Positions 47,450 through 57,252 of a stretch of DNA of 64,000 nt are shown here, one piece after another (the first letter of the stretch is position 1; each line of letters opens with the position of its first letter). The notes under the pieces are model-generated. The model saw only the letters and a program-made list of their open reading frames with translations, had not been told where the DNA came from and made no database searches. Source of the stretch: an uncultured Clostridia bacterium (GTDB lineage Bacteria > Bacillota > Clostridia > TANB77 > CAG-508); assembly GCA_934120675.1 (NCBI GenBank), contig CAKOUU010000006.1, positions 23,408 through 87,407 of the forward strand, written 5' to 3'. Position numbers and translations under genes: made by a program.

Positions 47450-47728
47450 TTAACTCCCTCCTTTAATAACAGTTACTATTACTGGAATTATCATTCCAGT
47501 TCCAAGTGCTACTATTATTTTATCCTTTGTACTAGTATAAAATTCATATCTTTCATTGTTTCCTTCATCTTTCGCAAGTTTATATTGGTGGTTTAATATT
47601 ATGTCTTCAAGTTCCTCAAAACTCATATTACGTTCGTTCATTCTCTGATTTGCATGTGGTGAAATGTCATACATTTCATTTTTTACCATGTTTCTTATAT
47701 ATTCTGCTTCTTTAACAATGTCTGGCAC
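47450..47728 (-). CDS. DUF4258-family putative toxin (GTG start)
   Basis: It has ISPHANQRMNERNMSFEELEDIIL. GTG is preceded by aaggagg at 7 nt. Confidence 0.6.
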   Translation of the reverse strand: MPDIVKEAEYIRNMVKNEMYDISPHANQRMNERNMSFEELEDIILNHQYKLAKDEGNNERYEFYTSTKDKIIVALGTGMIIPVIVTVIKGGS

Positions 47729-47782
47729 TTGCTTAACCTCCTTTTTATAAATTATTATAAAATATTATAAATTGTTATAAAT

Positions 47783-47811
47783 ATAATAAACCATTATTTT
47801 GCACTTGTCAA
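47783..47811 (-). promoter_or_regulatory. Candidate promoter of the three-gene toxin/HTH/ImmA operon
   Basis: On the minus strand: TTGACA, 17 nt, TATTAT. The 5' UTR (47746-47790) carries four TTATAAA direct repeats that could be an operator. Confidence 0.5.
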
Positions 47812-47874
47812 TATTTCTTTTAAAATTTTAAATAAAAAAGCAAAAACTAATATTGTTTTCACTTTTTTATCATT

Positions 47875-49836
47875 TTATTCATATCTATATTCTTCGCTAT
47901 CTTCAGCGACCATAATATTATCTCTATTTTCTTCATGATCTATTGAATATATAATTTCATCTTTTTGATTTAATCTTTTCTTTAAATACTCTGATAATTC
48001 TTTATCTGTACAATAAATATAGCATCCTTTTTGTCCTCTTGTCATTAATGTTCTATAAGTATTTTTTATTATCTCATCTGCTACTTTTTCTGCATGTTCG
48101 AAGTCTTGCTGAGCCATTTTATATATTCCCTTTATTGATTGGTCTGTCTTTGCTCTTTCTGTAACATCTGTAACTATTTTATTATCCTCATATCTTAAAT
48201 CATTACCTATAATTACACCTACATAGTCAAATTCTAGTCCTTGACAAGTATGTATACATCCTACTTCATTTACTGAATTAGGGTCTATTGCCCATGTTTG
48301 ACTATTACCTAAATTCCAACTCATTGCAAAATTATATTCAGGAATTGTTATATCGAATACGTCTGATTTATTTTTTCCATCTTTTATCCAATTCCAGCAA
48401 TATCCTGCAAGTAATCTGGCTTTATTATTGATTTTATTTTTTTCAAAAATTATATCTCTTACTTCATTAGGATCATCACATATCTTAATATCATAATCCA
48501 AATCAAATCCCTCATTATTAGCTGTTTTTCTAATATCTAGCACAGCATCTAACCATGCAATATATCCATCTGATCCATTACATCTAAATTGTGATTCTAA
48601 TTCCATTACTTCTGATTTTGCATTTGCTTGTCCAATATACTTTTGTATTTCTTCAACACTTCCAATATCTTTTAAAGTTACCCTTTGAGATTCATCTATA
48701 AAAAATATTGAAAATTTAGAAACTTTTATAATTTCTTTTATTTGATTTTCTCCTAAATTTTGAAACATTCCTGATTTTGCGTTTAATCTATGTGCTTCAT
48801 CAATAATTAATACATCAAATTCATTCTCAGATGATTCAACAAAAGAACCTGATCCTTTAAATAAATTATTTATTCTTGTTTTTCTAAAATCTCCACTCAA
48901 TTTTGTTGCATATACATTTCTTGGTGCTGCATTCTTTGTTACATATGAGCAAACCATATTTTCATTTGTTAATTTCACTAACAAATTAATTGCTAATACT
49001 GATTTTCCTGTACCTGGTCCCCCTTTAACAATTAATACTCTTTTATTTCCGTCTCTATATGATTTTCTAGCCATTTCTAATGCTGTTTCATATACAAGTT
49101 TTTGATCATCAATCATAATAAATTCTTCATTGCCTTGTAACATACTTGATAAAGCATCTTGTAATGATTTAGATGGTCTAATTTTTCCATTTTCAATCAT
49201 ATATAGTGTTTCTTTATCATCACCATATTTAATATACTTATTTATAAAATCTCTTAATTTTTCTACATCACCTTTTATAAAAGCAGGTGCTTTTTCTAAA
49301 TAATATTTATAATTATCTGATAGTAATGTTGGAGGTGTTACAGTTAGATAATTATGAAGATATGCACATGGATGTAAATCAATTTGTCTATCTTGTACAG
49401 TTTCATTATAATCTTCTATTGTTGTTGCATACGACCATGCTTGATACGATGGATGAGCTACTTCTCTTAACGCATGCCCTGTAAATGCTTGTACTATTCC
49501 GTCTTTTCCATTTACAATGTTTGCTTCAGTCCATTGTTTTAATTCAACGATAATAGCTGTATTTTTTAGTTGTCCGTCTTTACCTGTAATTATAAAATCA
49601 ACTCTTTTAGAAGTATTTGGTATTTTAAATTCAATAGCTATTCCTACATTTCCAGGTATATTATTATCTATTAAAACTTTCATCATGTATTGCATAGAAT
49701 TATTCCATGCTTTTCTTTCGGACTGAGATGTATGATATCCCATCTTTTCATAGAATTTTCTATCTATATTTTCTTCAATTCTATCTTGTACAACATCTTC
49801 TACAAATAGTTGCTTTGTTGCTTCATATACTATCAT
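47875..49836 (-). CDS. DUF2075-family nuclease-helicase (PD-(D/E)xK-like N-domain plus SF1-like P-loop ATPase), possibly Nhi-like
   Basis: The N-domain has RVDFIITG...AIIVELKQW. Walker A is VKGGPGTGKSVLAINLL and Walker B is VLIIDEAHRL. Confidence 0.65.
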   Translation of the reverse strand: MIVYEATKQLFVEDVVQDRIEENIDRKFYEKMGYHTSQSERKAWNNSMQYMMKVLIDNNIPGNVGIAIEFKIPNTSKRVDFIITGKDGQLKNTAIIVELKQWTEANIVNGKDGIVQAFTGHALREVAHPSYQAWSYATTIEDYNETVQDRQIDLHPCAYLHNYLTVTPPTLLSDNYKYYLEKAPAFIKGDVEKLRDFINKYIKYGDDKETLYMIENGKIRPSKSLQDALSSMLQGNEEFIMIDDQKLVYETALEMARKSYRDGNKRVLIVKGGPGTGKSVLAINLLVKLTNENMVCSYVTKNAAPRNVYATKLSGDFRKTRINNLFKGSGSFVESSENEFDVLIIDEAHRLNAKSGMFQNLGENQIKEIIKVSKFSIFFIDESQRVTLKDIGSVEEIQKYIGQANAKSEVMELESQFRCNGSDGYIAWLDAVLDIRKTANNEGFDLDYDIKICDDPNEVRDIIFEKNKINNKARLLAGYCWNWIKDGKNKSDVFDITIPEYNFAMSWNLGNSQTWAIDPNSVNEVGCIHTCQGLEFDYVGVIIGNDLRYEDNKIVTDVTERAKTDQSIKGIYKMAQQDFEHAEKVADEIIKNTYRTLMTRGQKGCYIYCTDKELSEYLKKRLNQKDEIIYSIDHEENRDNIMVAEDSEEYRYE

Positions 49837-49851
49837 TTTTATCTCCTATAT

Positions 49852-50274
49852 TTAAATTTTTCTAATTAATGTTATAACTTTTCCTATTATTTTAATTGTT
49901 TTATTTAACTCTTCCTCTTTATATACTGTAGTATCATATTCTCTATTTAATGGTTCTAATAATATATATCCATTAGATTTTGAAATTCTTCTAACTATTG
50001 CTTCTTCATTTGCTATTCTTACAACGCATATATCCAAATTAGAAAATACTTCTTCTTTTTCAAAAATAATAATATCATTCTTAGATATTTTGGGTTCCAT
50101 AGTATCATTTTTAATTTTATATGCATAAAATTTTTTAGGTTTATAACTATTATTTATATCATTATAATAAATTACATCAAAATCATGCAATTCTCCGTTT
50201 TCAATTCGTTTTATACTTTCAACACTTTTAATTAATGGAATCTTAATATATTTTTCTTTTTCATTCATAAACAT
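49852..50274 (-). CDS. S24 (LexA/UmuD)-like domain protein with substituted catalytic dyad
   Basis: NDTMEPKISKNDIIIF aligns with the GDSMEP motif (Ser to Thr). AIVRRISK aligns with VKRL (Lys to Arg). There is no HTH domain. Confidence 0.5.
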   Translation of the reverse strand: MFMNEKEKYIKIPLIKSVESIKRIENGELHDFDVIYYNDINNSYKPKKFYAYKIKNDTMEPKISKNDIIIFEKEEVFSNLDICVVRIANEEAIVRRISKSNGYILLEPLNREYDTTVYKEEELNKTIKIIGKVITLIRKI

Positions 50275-50280
50275 TTCCCT

Positions 50281-50598
50281 TTATAACTTATTGTATTTTG
50301 TACTTACTCCTTTTGCTTTATCTATTGGATATTTTTTCTTTGTCTTCTCTAATTTATTTAATATAATATCTTCAGGATTTACATTTAATTTCATAGCCAT
50401 TTGAATGCAATAAGTAAAAACATCCGCTAATTCTTCGCAAACCTCTTCTTTATTATAATTATCACTATTCCATTGAAAACACTCTAATAATTCACCTGAT
50501 TCAATCGCAATTGACTTAGCAAGATTTTCTGGAGAATGAAATTGATCCCAGTCTCTTTCTTCATTGAATTGTTTTATTTCTTGCATTAACTTATCCAT
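50281..50598 (-). CDS. MazG-type nucleotide pyrophosphohydrolase (small dimeric type)
   Basis: It has FNEERDWDQFHSPENLAKSIAIESGELLECFQW and EELADVFTYCIQMA. Confidence 0.8.
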   Translation of the reverse strand: MDKLMQEIKQFNEERDWDQFHSPENLAKSIAIESGELLECFQWNSDNYNKEEVCEELADVFTYCIQMAMKLNVNPEDIILNKLEKTKKKYPIDKAKGVSTKYNKL

Positions 50599-50906
50599 TA
50601 TTCTGCCTCCTCTAAATAAATCTTTTTCTCAAACGCTCCTCTTTTTTCTTGTTTATTTATTCTTATTTTTTCAAATTCTTTGATTGAAATATCCATAGAA
50701 TTTAATATTCCATAAATAACTTCAACTATATCTGCTAATTCTTCAACATTGTTATCTTCTAAATATTCTTTTACTTCTTCTTGTAACTTTTTATTTAATT
50801 CTTGTCTATATTCATTGTCATCTAATATTCTGTATCTGGCTATTCTTCCATCTGTTTCGATAATATCTGTTATTTTATCTCTAACAAGTTTGTTATATAT
50901 TTTCAT
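50598..50906 (-). CDS. MazG-superfamily / PRA-PH-like NTP pyrophosphatase, paralogue of 5944..6273
   Basis: It has MKIYNKLVRDKITDII and EELADIVEVIY. It shares 1-nt TAATG overlaps with both neighbours. Confidence 0.7.
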   Translation of the reverse strand: MKIYNKLVRDKITDIIETDGRIARYRILDDNEYRQELNKKLQEEVKEYLEDNNVEELADIVEVIYGILNSMDISIKEFEKIRINKQEKRGAFEKKIYLEEAE

Positions 50907-51919
50907 TATTTTCCTCCTATCCTACAAGTATAATTTGTTGCTTGTAGTTTTTCTCTATTTATAGCTCCTTTTATAATCTTTAGATCTGCAGACATCGTTT
51001 TTGTATTAAAATTATAAACTCTATATAAATAATATTTATCTTTATATTGTTCAGAAAATTCAACTTCGTTTTCTGATATATGAAATATATTATTTAATCC
51101 TCCTTTAGTTGTTTTTACTTCTATATATTTCTCGTTTCCATCTTTATCATATGAAAGCACATCAAATCTTTCAGCATTTCCTGCAATTTCTCTTGTTGTA
51201 AAAACTTTATCTGCTAGATCTTCCCTTCCTTCTAATATAAGTCTAGTTTTTTCATATTCTACAACGACATCTTCGCCTTTTTTTCCTAATTTTGTATTCT
51301 TTTTTATTTCTCCCTCGAAATTGATATTCTTATTGCTATAAAATTCATTTGTATTTTTTCCTTTTCTACTTTCATATTTATATGAATACTCTGTTTCTTC
51401 TTCATTTAATTCCAATGTAAATTTTTTAGTGTCAAGCTTTTCAATATCATATGTATTTATTTTTTTGTCATTTATTAATCGATTTGAATTGTCTTCATTC
51501 CAGTCTAAAATCTGCCACTTGAAATAAACTGGTTTTTCTCTTTGGTTATCATGATCTACATATGCTAATAGCCCCATATATGTATAATCTTCTTTATCAG
51601 ATGTTCTTAAAAATAGGTATATATTATTTTTTAAATAATCATGATTTATAAAGTCAATTATTCTTGATTCATTTAAAGTTTGAGAAGGTTGTGATTGCCA
51701 TGTTAAAATTCCGTTCTCATCTATATTTTCATCAAATTCATGACCAGATTGTTTCTTTCCATATGTTACTAGAAATATATAATCATGTTGTGTTCCTGGA
51801 ACTCTTATTATTCCATGTAGTCCCCAGGATCCTGTTTGTGGTGTAAAATTTGTATCTGGCGAAAAAACATCATGTATATCTTTTCTTGAATATTTCTCAT
51901 ATCTAACTAATTCTCTCAT
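50906..51919 (-). CDS. DUF3427-like N-domain fused to a DUF3883-type restriction-endonuclease-fold domain
   Basis: The N-domain has GSWGLHGIIRV...YIFLVTYGK...ILTWQSQ...IYLFLRT..YTYMGLL. The C-domain has GKKGEDVVVEYE...FDVLSYDKDGNEKYIEVKTTKG...FHISENEV. Confidence 0.55.
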   Translation of the reverse strand: MRELVRYEKYSRKDIHDVFSPDTNFTPQTGSWGLHGIIRVPGTQHDYIFLVTYGKKQSGHEFDENIDENGILTWQSQPSQTLNESRIIDFINHDYLKNNIYLFLRTSDKEDYTYMGLLAYVDHDNQREKPVYFKWQILDWNEDNSNRLINDKKINTYDIEKLDTKKFTLELNEEETEYSYKYESRKGKNTNEFYSNKNINFEGEIKKNTKLGKKGEDVVVEYEKTRLILEGREDLADKVFTTREIAGNAERFDVLSYDKDGNEKYIEVKTTKGGLNNIFHISENEVEFSEQYKDKYYLYRVYNFNTKTMSADLKIIKGAINREKLQATNYTCRIGGK

Positions 51920-51927
51920 TTTTCCTC

Positions 51928-52299
51928 CTATATCAAATCAAATACTACTTTATCTGCTCCTGCAAATTCAAATTTATCTTTTTCATCTTTTGTTATCCAT
52001 TTACAACTTTCATGTTCTAACAATTCTACTTTTTCACTCAATAATTTTGCTTTATAAAAAATTAATTTTATATCTTTTTCAGGATAATGATGTATGCTTT
52101 CTCCTATATATTCATTTACTTCTATATCCGCATTAAGTTCTTCCTTTATTTCTCTCATCAATGCACTTTCATAAGATTCATTTTTTTCTACTTTTCCTCC
52201 TGGAAATTCCCATAATCCACCCTGAGCCTTTTTTAAATTTCTTTGTGCTATTAAAAACTTATTATTTTTATAGATTACTCCAGCAACTACTTCTATCAT
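51928..52299 (-). CDS. NUDIX hydrolase, MutT-like (d)NTP pyrophosphohydrolase
   Basis: The Nudix box is GGLWEFPGGKVEKNESYESALMREIKEELN. Confidence 0.85.
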   Translation of the reverse strand: MIEVVAGVIYKNNKFLIAQRNLKKAQGGLWEFPGGKVEKNESYESALMREIKEELNADIEVNEYIGESIHHYPEKDIKLIFYKAKLLSEKVELLEHESCKWITKDEKDKFEFAGADKVVFDLI

Positions 52300-52405
52300 T
52301 TTTTCTCCTAAATTCCATTTTTTACAAATATATCACAAAATCTTAATTTTCTCAACAAAATGCTCTTTATTTCTACAAAAAAATAGAAGTATTTCTACTT
52401 CCATT

Positions 52406-54832
52406 TTAGATGTATTTGTTTATCTCAAATTTTAAAAAGTCATCCAATGTATCTCTATATTCTTTAAATTTATCATTTATAATAATATTGTTGTATTGAT
52501 CAAATGATAAATTTTCAATTTGATTATCATTTTCAAATTTATTTATTAAATTATATGTCAAACCTTTTTTCATCAAATTTAATTTTTTCTTATCATTTGT
52601 TCCATATACAATTTCATTATATTCTTCTTGACTAATAAACTCCATTTTTAACATAGCCTGAAGAAACCCATTTATTTTATAATTTATAAAATCATCTTCT
52701 ATCTTTAATTTAACTATAGCTAAATTAAGTAATTCTTTATCAGTTTTAGTATCCAATTTAATATACACTTTATTAAAATTATTTTTATAATCGTCTGTTA
52801 TTTTTGCTATTTCTCCATAGCTCTTTCCTATATAAAATTCATTTTTTTCATTGTTATACTGAATACTTTTAAAATATCCATATTGGTTTTTAATCCTATC
52901 TTTTAATTGAAATTTTTGCATCTTAATAAAATTTTTGTAAAAATCTTTAGTTTCTATATATTTTAATCTCTTTATTTCATAATCATTAATAGATATAATA
53001 GAATCTATAAAAATATAACAAATTTTATCTATTATATTTAAATCTTTCCATTTTAGATCTTCTATTATTTCTTTTTTTACTTTTTTAATTCTTTCTATTA
53101 CTTCTGTTATATTATCATAATATGAATCTATTCCACATTCTATCATTATTTTTTCTATAGTTGCATCTTCTGAATCATCATCTGAAAATAATTTACTTTC
53201 TTTTTCAATAATTCCTCGATTTTTTTCTTTTTTATCATCAGATATCTTTAATTTATTTTCATTATATTCAACTAGTATAGGATTTTCAACCCTATCATCT
53301 ACATCAAAACTTCTCAACTTTTCTATAGTATTAGACATATTAGAATCTTTTCTGTTATATTCTTCTGTGTTTATAAAATGGATTTGAGGTAACAATTTAT
53401 CTAAGTTATTGGTATCTGGTGTAAAAACATCATTTAATCTATTTACTCTTCCAATTAAATTAACTATTTGTTTAGTATTCAAAGAATTTACTGTCATTAT
53501 ATATAAATTATCAATGGGTAAATTTATACCTTCTAATATTACATGATTTGCAATTAAATATCTTAGTTCCTTTATTGTCTTATATTTATATTCTAAATAA
53601 TCTTTAATTTGATCTGGCATCTTTCCATGAATATATACAATTCCATGTTTTATCAAATCTATTACATTAAAATCTTCATGAACATATTTTTTCAAAGTAT
53701 CTGCTAATAAATTTAATTCATCATTATTTGTTTCTAACTCTTTATGTTCCTTTATCTCCTTTGCAAATTTTTCAATTTTTACTGGTCTTGCTATAAAAAT
53801 AAAATTTTTATTCTTTTCATTATTTCTAATATAATCTATAACACTATAATTGTCTGATAAAATATAAAATTCATTCATAAATCGATTATATTTTAAAACT
53901 TCGCCATCTAGTCTTAACTCGAATATCTCTGGTTCTTTCAGGTTGAAATTTATTTTATATTCATCTATATTGCCTTCATTATATGATTTTAAATTTTTAC
54001 TATTATCCACTAGAGGTGAAAGATATACAATCTTTTGATTAGGATTCTTTGAATAATTTTTGTTAATTAATCTTGATAAAAGAATACTTCTTTCATCATC
54101 TAATAATAAATTATGTGCTTCATCTACAAATATTTGCTCAAAATAAAAATTATTTCTTTCAAGTAATCTTAAACCTCTTTCTTGAGTTATGATTGCAATA
54201 AATTTTTCATCATCATCTTCATACATTTCATCAAACATTATAATTTTATAGTTTAATATTTGTTGTTTTATAAAATTATATGTTTGATTAATCAATGACT
54301 TTGTCGGAACTATAATTCCAATTTTATTGTGTCTATCTGTTAAGATTTTCTCCGATATAATTGAACTTTTCCCATAAGATGTAGGTGCAATATACGCAAT
54401 TTCATTATTGTTGCTATGTATAAATTTATCTTGATTATATTTTTGCTCATATGTCTCCACAATATCTTTTTTCTTAAATTTATTTATTCCATTTTTAATA
54501 ATTATATCATCTATTGAATCCATCTGTATCAAATTTAACTTCGTAATTGTATTAGATATAGGATAGTAACCGAAATTAATAGAAAAATCATATAATGGCT
54601 TGTAATCATTATATTTAATTGAATATTTAAGTATAATATAATATGCAAATTCCAAATATCCTGTATATTCTTTATTTAATTCATACTCTTTAGTCAATAT
54701 AATAGCACTAGCTAGTAAATATTCTTTTTCTTGCTCAGTTAATACTTCGTTTAAATTTAACTTTTTAACTGTTTTTCTAAAAATTTCGATATTTTTTAAA
54801 CTTGATAATTTTCTCTTTTCTTTACTATCCAT
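52406..54832 (-). CDS. hamB: SF2 DEAD/DEAH-box helicase, HamB-like (Hachiman)
   Basis: Motif I is IAPTSYGKSS, motif II is FVDEAHNLL and motif VI is LIGRVNRL. It starts 4 nt after the upstream small nuclease-like gene. Confidence 0.55.
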   Translation of the reverse strand: MDSKEKRKLSSLKNIEIFRKTVKKLNLNEVLTEQEKEYLLASAIILTKEYELNKEYTGYLEFAYYIILKYSIKYNDYKPLYDFSINFGYYPISNTITKLNLIQMDSIDDIIIKNGINKFKKKDIVETYEQKYNQDKFIHSNNNEIAYIAPTSYGKSSIISEKILTDRHNKIGIIVPTKSLINQTYNFIKQQILNYKIIMFDEMYEDDDEKFIAIITQERGLRLLERNNFYFEQIFVDEAHNLLLDDERSILLSRLINKNYSKNPNQKIVYLSPLVDNSKNLKSYNEGNIDEYKINFNLKEPEIFELRLDGEVLKYNRFMNEFYILSDNYSVIDYIRNNEKNKNFIFIARPVKIEKFAKEIKEHKELETNNDELNLLADTLKKYVHEDFNVIDLIKHGIVYIHGKMPDQIKDYLEYKYKTIKELRYLIANHVILEGINLPIDNLYIMTVNSLNTKQIVNLIGRVNRLNDVFTPDTNNLDKLLPQIHFINTEEYNRKDSNMSNTIEKLRSFDVDDRVENPILVEYNENKLKISDDKKEKNRGIIEKESKLFSDDDSEDATIEKIMIECGIDSYYDNITEVIERIKKVKKEIIEDLKWKDLNIIDKICYIFIDSIISINDYEIKRLKYIETKDFYKNFIKMQKFQLKDRIKNQYGYFKSIQYNNEKNEFYIGKSYGEIAKITDDYKNNFNKVYIKLDTKTDKELLNLAIVKLKIEDDFINYKINGFLQAMLKMEFISQEEYNEIVYGTNDKKKLNLMKKGLTYNLINKFENDNQIENLSFDQYNNIIINDKFKEYRDTLDDFLKFEINKYI

Positions 54833-54836
54833 ATAA

Positions 54837-55589
54837 TTAACTCCTTAAATATTCCATAAACAATTTTTCTGCTTCATTATTCATACAAATCACTGAAATT
54901 TTATTAAATTCAAATGAATTTATTTTTTCTAAAACAGTATTATGCACAGCATCAGACTTTTCTATATCTTTTTCTTCTATAAACTTTGTAGAACATGGAA
55001 TTATATTATATTCTGATAATTTGTGAAACTTATCATCAATAAAATTCTTAGATAATATATCTAACTGTTTTCTAACATTGTCGGGAACCGATATATTTAT
55101 ATTACAAGCATGGTGATATGCATTTTTCCATGGATTATTAGGTGTTTTTCCTCTTACTTTATTATTTAGATCATTGTATGCTTCACTGATTTTTGTATGA
55201 TGTTTTATTGAACTATCTTCTGTTGATTTACTTTCAACAATCCATTCTTCATTATTTAACGAAAAATATCCATCAAATCCTTTTTTAAACGAATTTTCTT
55301 CTAAGTTTTGAAAAAGGCAATACGGTGTATATCCCTTGTAATTTAAGAATAAATGAACAAAAAATTCCGCAATAGCACCAATTTGCTTGCTCCTATCTTT
55401 TTTATCTATATATTCTAAAATTTCCTTTTTGACATGCTTAATATCGTTCTCGTTTTGTCCTGCCCAAATTCTACAAATATATTTATCTATTTGTTTTCTT
55501 AGTTCATCAGTAATTTCTTTTATGGTTACAATAATAATATTTCTCTCATCATCAATTTTATATAATTCTATTTGCATACCATCTTCCAT
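54837..55589 (-). CDS. hamA: HamA-like (DUF1837-type) PD-(D/E)xK protein (Hachiman)
   Basis: It is a 250-aa protein directly upstream of the helicase, with FDGYF...EWIVESKS (D...ExK). The family assignment rests on architecture, not on a verified match. Confidence 0.45.
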   Translation of the reverse strand: MEDGMQIELYKIDDERNIIIVTIKEITDELRKQIDKYICRIWAGQNENDIKHVKKEILEYIDKKDRSKQIGAIAEFFVHLFLNYKGYTPYCLFQNLEENSFKKGFDGYFSLNNEEWIVESKSTEDSSIKHHTKISEAYNDLNNKVRGKTPNNPWKNAYHHACNINISVPDNVRKQLDILSKNFIDDKFHKLSEYNIIPCSTKFIEEKDIEKSDAVHNTVLEKINSFEFNKISVICMNNEAEKLFMEYLRS

Positions 55590-55693
55590 ATTTTCCCCCT
55601 TATTAAATATTATACAACAAAATCAGCTTTTTTTCCACAAAATTCCTTTTTTAGTTACATATTTAATAAATCATATACATTTCTGTGCCTACT

Positions 55694-57097
55694 TTACCTA
55701 TCATACCTTCTATCTTTTTTCTTCTTCTCTTTTAATTTTTTCTCTTGTTCTTTTTCCTTTATCTTCTGCTTTTCTTTATCATCTAGTTCTTTTATTTGTT
55801 CCTTCATCCTTGGCACATTATCATAAATTTCATCGCACAACTTAATCTCTTTTCTAACCTTTGCTAAACCAGAAGTAACATCGATTATTTCTTTAGAAAC
55901 ACTATCTTTTTCAATTTCACTGTCTAACTTTTGTCTCTTATAATACAGTCTATTCCTAATATTCAAAATTTTCTGCAATTCTTCCTTTTTCTGTTCTTTA
56001 ATATTATCAACATCGCTCATAGTCTCAATCTTATACTTGCATAAAAATCTAATTCTTTCCGAATACTCATCCATCTTCTTTACTTCCGCCCTCATTTCAG
56101 GAGTTAATTTATACTGTATATTATTTCTAGTATATAACTTTAGCAAATATTTATAGTAGTAATATAAAGCAACAATTCCCTTAGGTTTGTACTTTTTTCT
56201 TAGCTTATCTCTTGTTATAAAATGTCTATACACCATCACCTTGTAAGGAATTATTCTTTCTTGTTTTATTTAGTCATTTTCTAATATTCTTCTTTTAATA
56301 TCTTCCAATGAATATTTTTCTCCAAACGCTCTTTCAACTCTTATATTTCTTTTGTATGGCTCTCTTCTCACACTTAATTTTTCTGTTCTATAACAATAAT
56401 TATATCCCATTGATACTAACATCTGTTCAAATTGTTTTAAAGTATATGATCGTTTTATAGCATAATCTATATCTTCTTTTGCAAATTTATAATAGTCTGA
56501 ATCTCTCATAGATTTCTTATAAAAATTTTCAAAATTTATTCCTGATTTACATGTCTTTTCTGTTAAAACACTTAAGCCATATTCTTCACATATTTCATCT
56601 GATGTTTTTCTTAGCAATGCTGTATTCGTTAAATTGCTATAATACTTTTTTCCATCTTTAAATGAAACCGAATTGATTACAAAATGATTATGAAGATGTT
56701 CTGTATTTAAGTGTGTAGATACAACAACTTGAAACCTGTCTCCCCACATTTCATTTGCAAGTTTTACTCCAATTTCATGTGCTATTTCTGGAGTAACTTC
56801 TCCTTCATTAAAAGATTGATAAGCATGAAATGCTAATATTCCATTTTCTTTTCCATATATCATTTTTACAAGTTGCATTTGTTTAACTGAATCTTTTACT
56901 TCACAATTTATGCCTGTTGTATAAAATTGTTTTTCTGTTTTATCTGGATTAGCTGCATATGTCATTACTTGTCTGATACTATCAAATCTATCCATTCCAT
57001 ATCCATTAGAATTTTTTCTTGTCTTTTCTTCATTTGTTGCATAATCAATTACATGATCTAATCTCTTTTGTACTTTTCAAATTTTTGTTGTTGCCAT
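55694..57097 (-). pseudogene. MobA/VirD2-family relaxase interrupted by two in-frame stop codons
   Basis: From the ATG at 57097 (SD aggaga) it reads MATTKI*KVQKRLDHVIDYATNEEKT...AFHAYQSF...STHLNTEHLHNHFVINSV...ILEND*IKQERII...MVYRHF.... The TGA is at 57077-57079 and the TAA at 56270-56272. All three segments are in the same frame. Confidence 0.7.
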
Positions 57098-57252
57098 TTG
57101 CTTTCTCCTCTCATCTTAAAAGGGGATTGGAGAATTTCCCCATTTAGAATTTCGAGCTGACGAAATTCATTGCTTTTTAGGACAATAATGCACTCTTTTT
57201 TAGTACTAAAACCATTACTTTTTCTATCAAATACACACAATATTTTGAAAAA

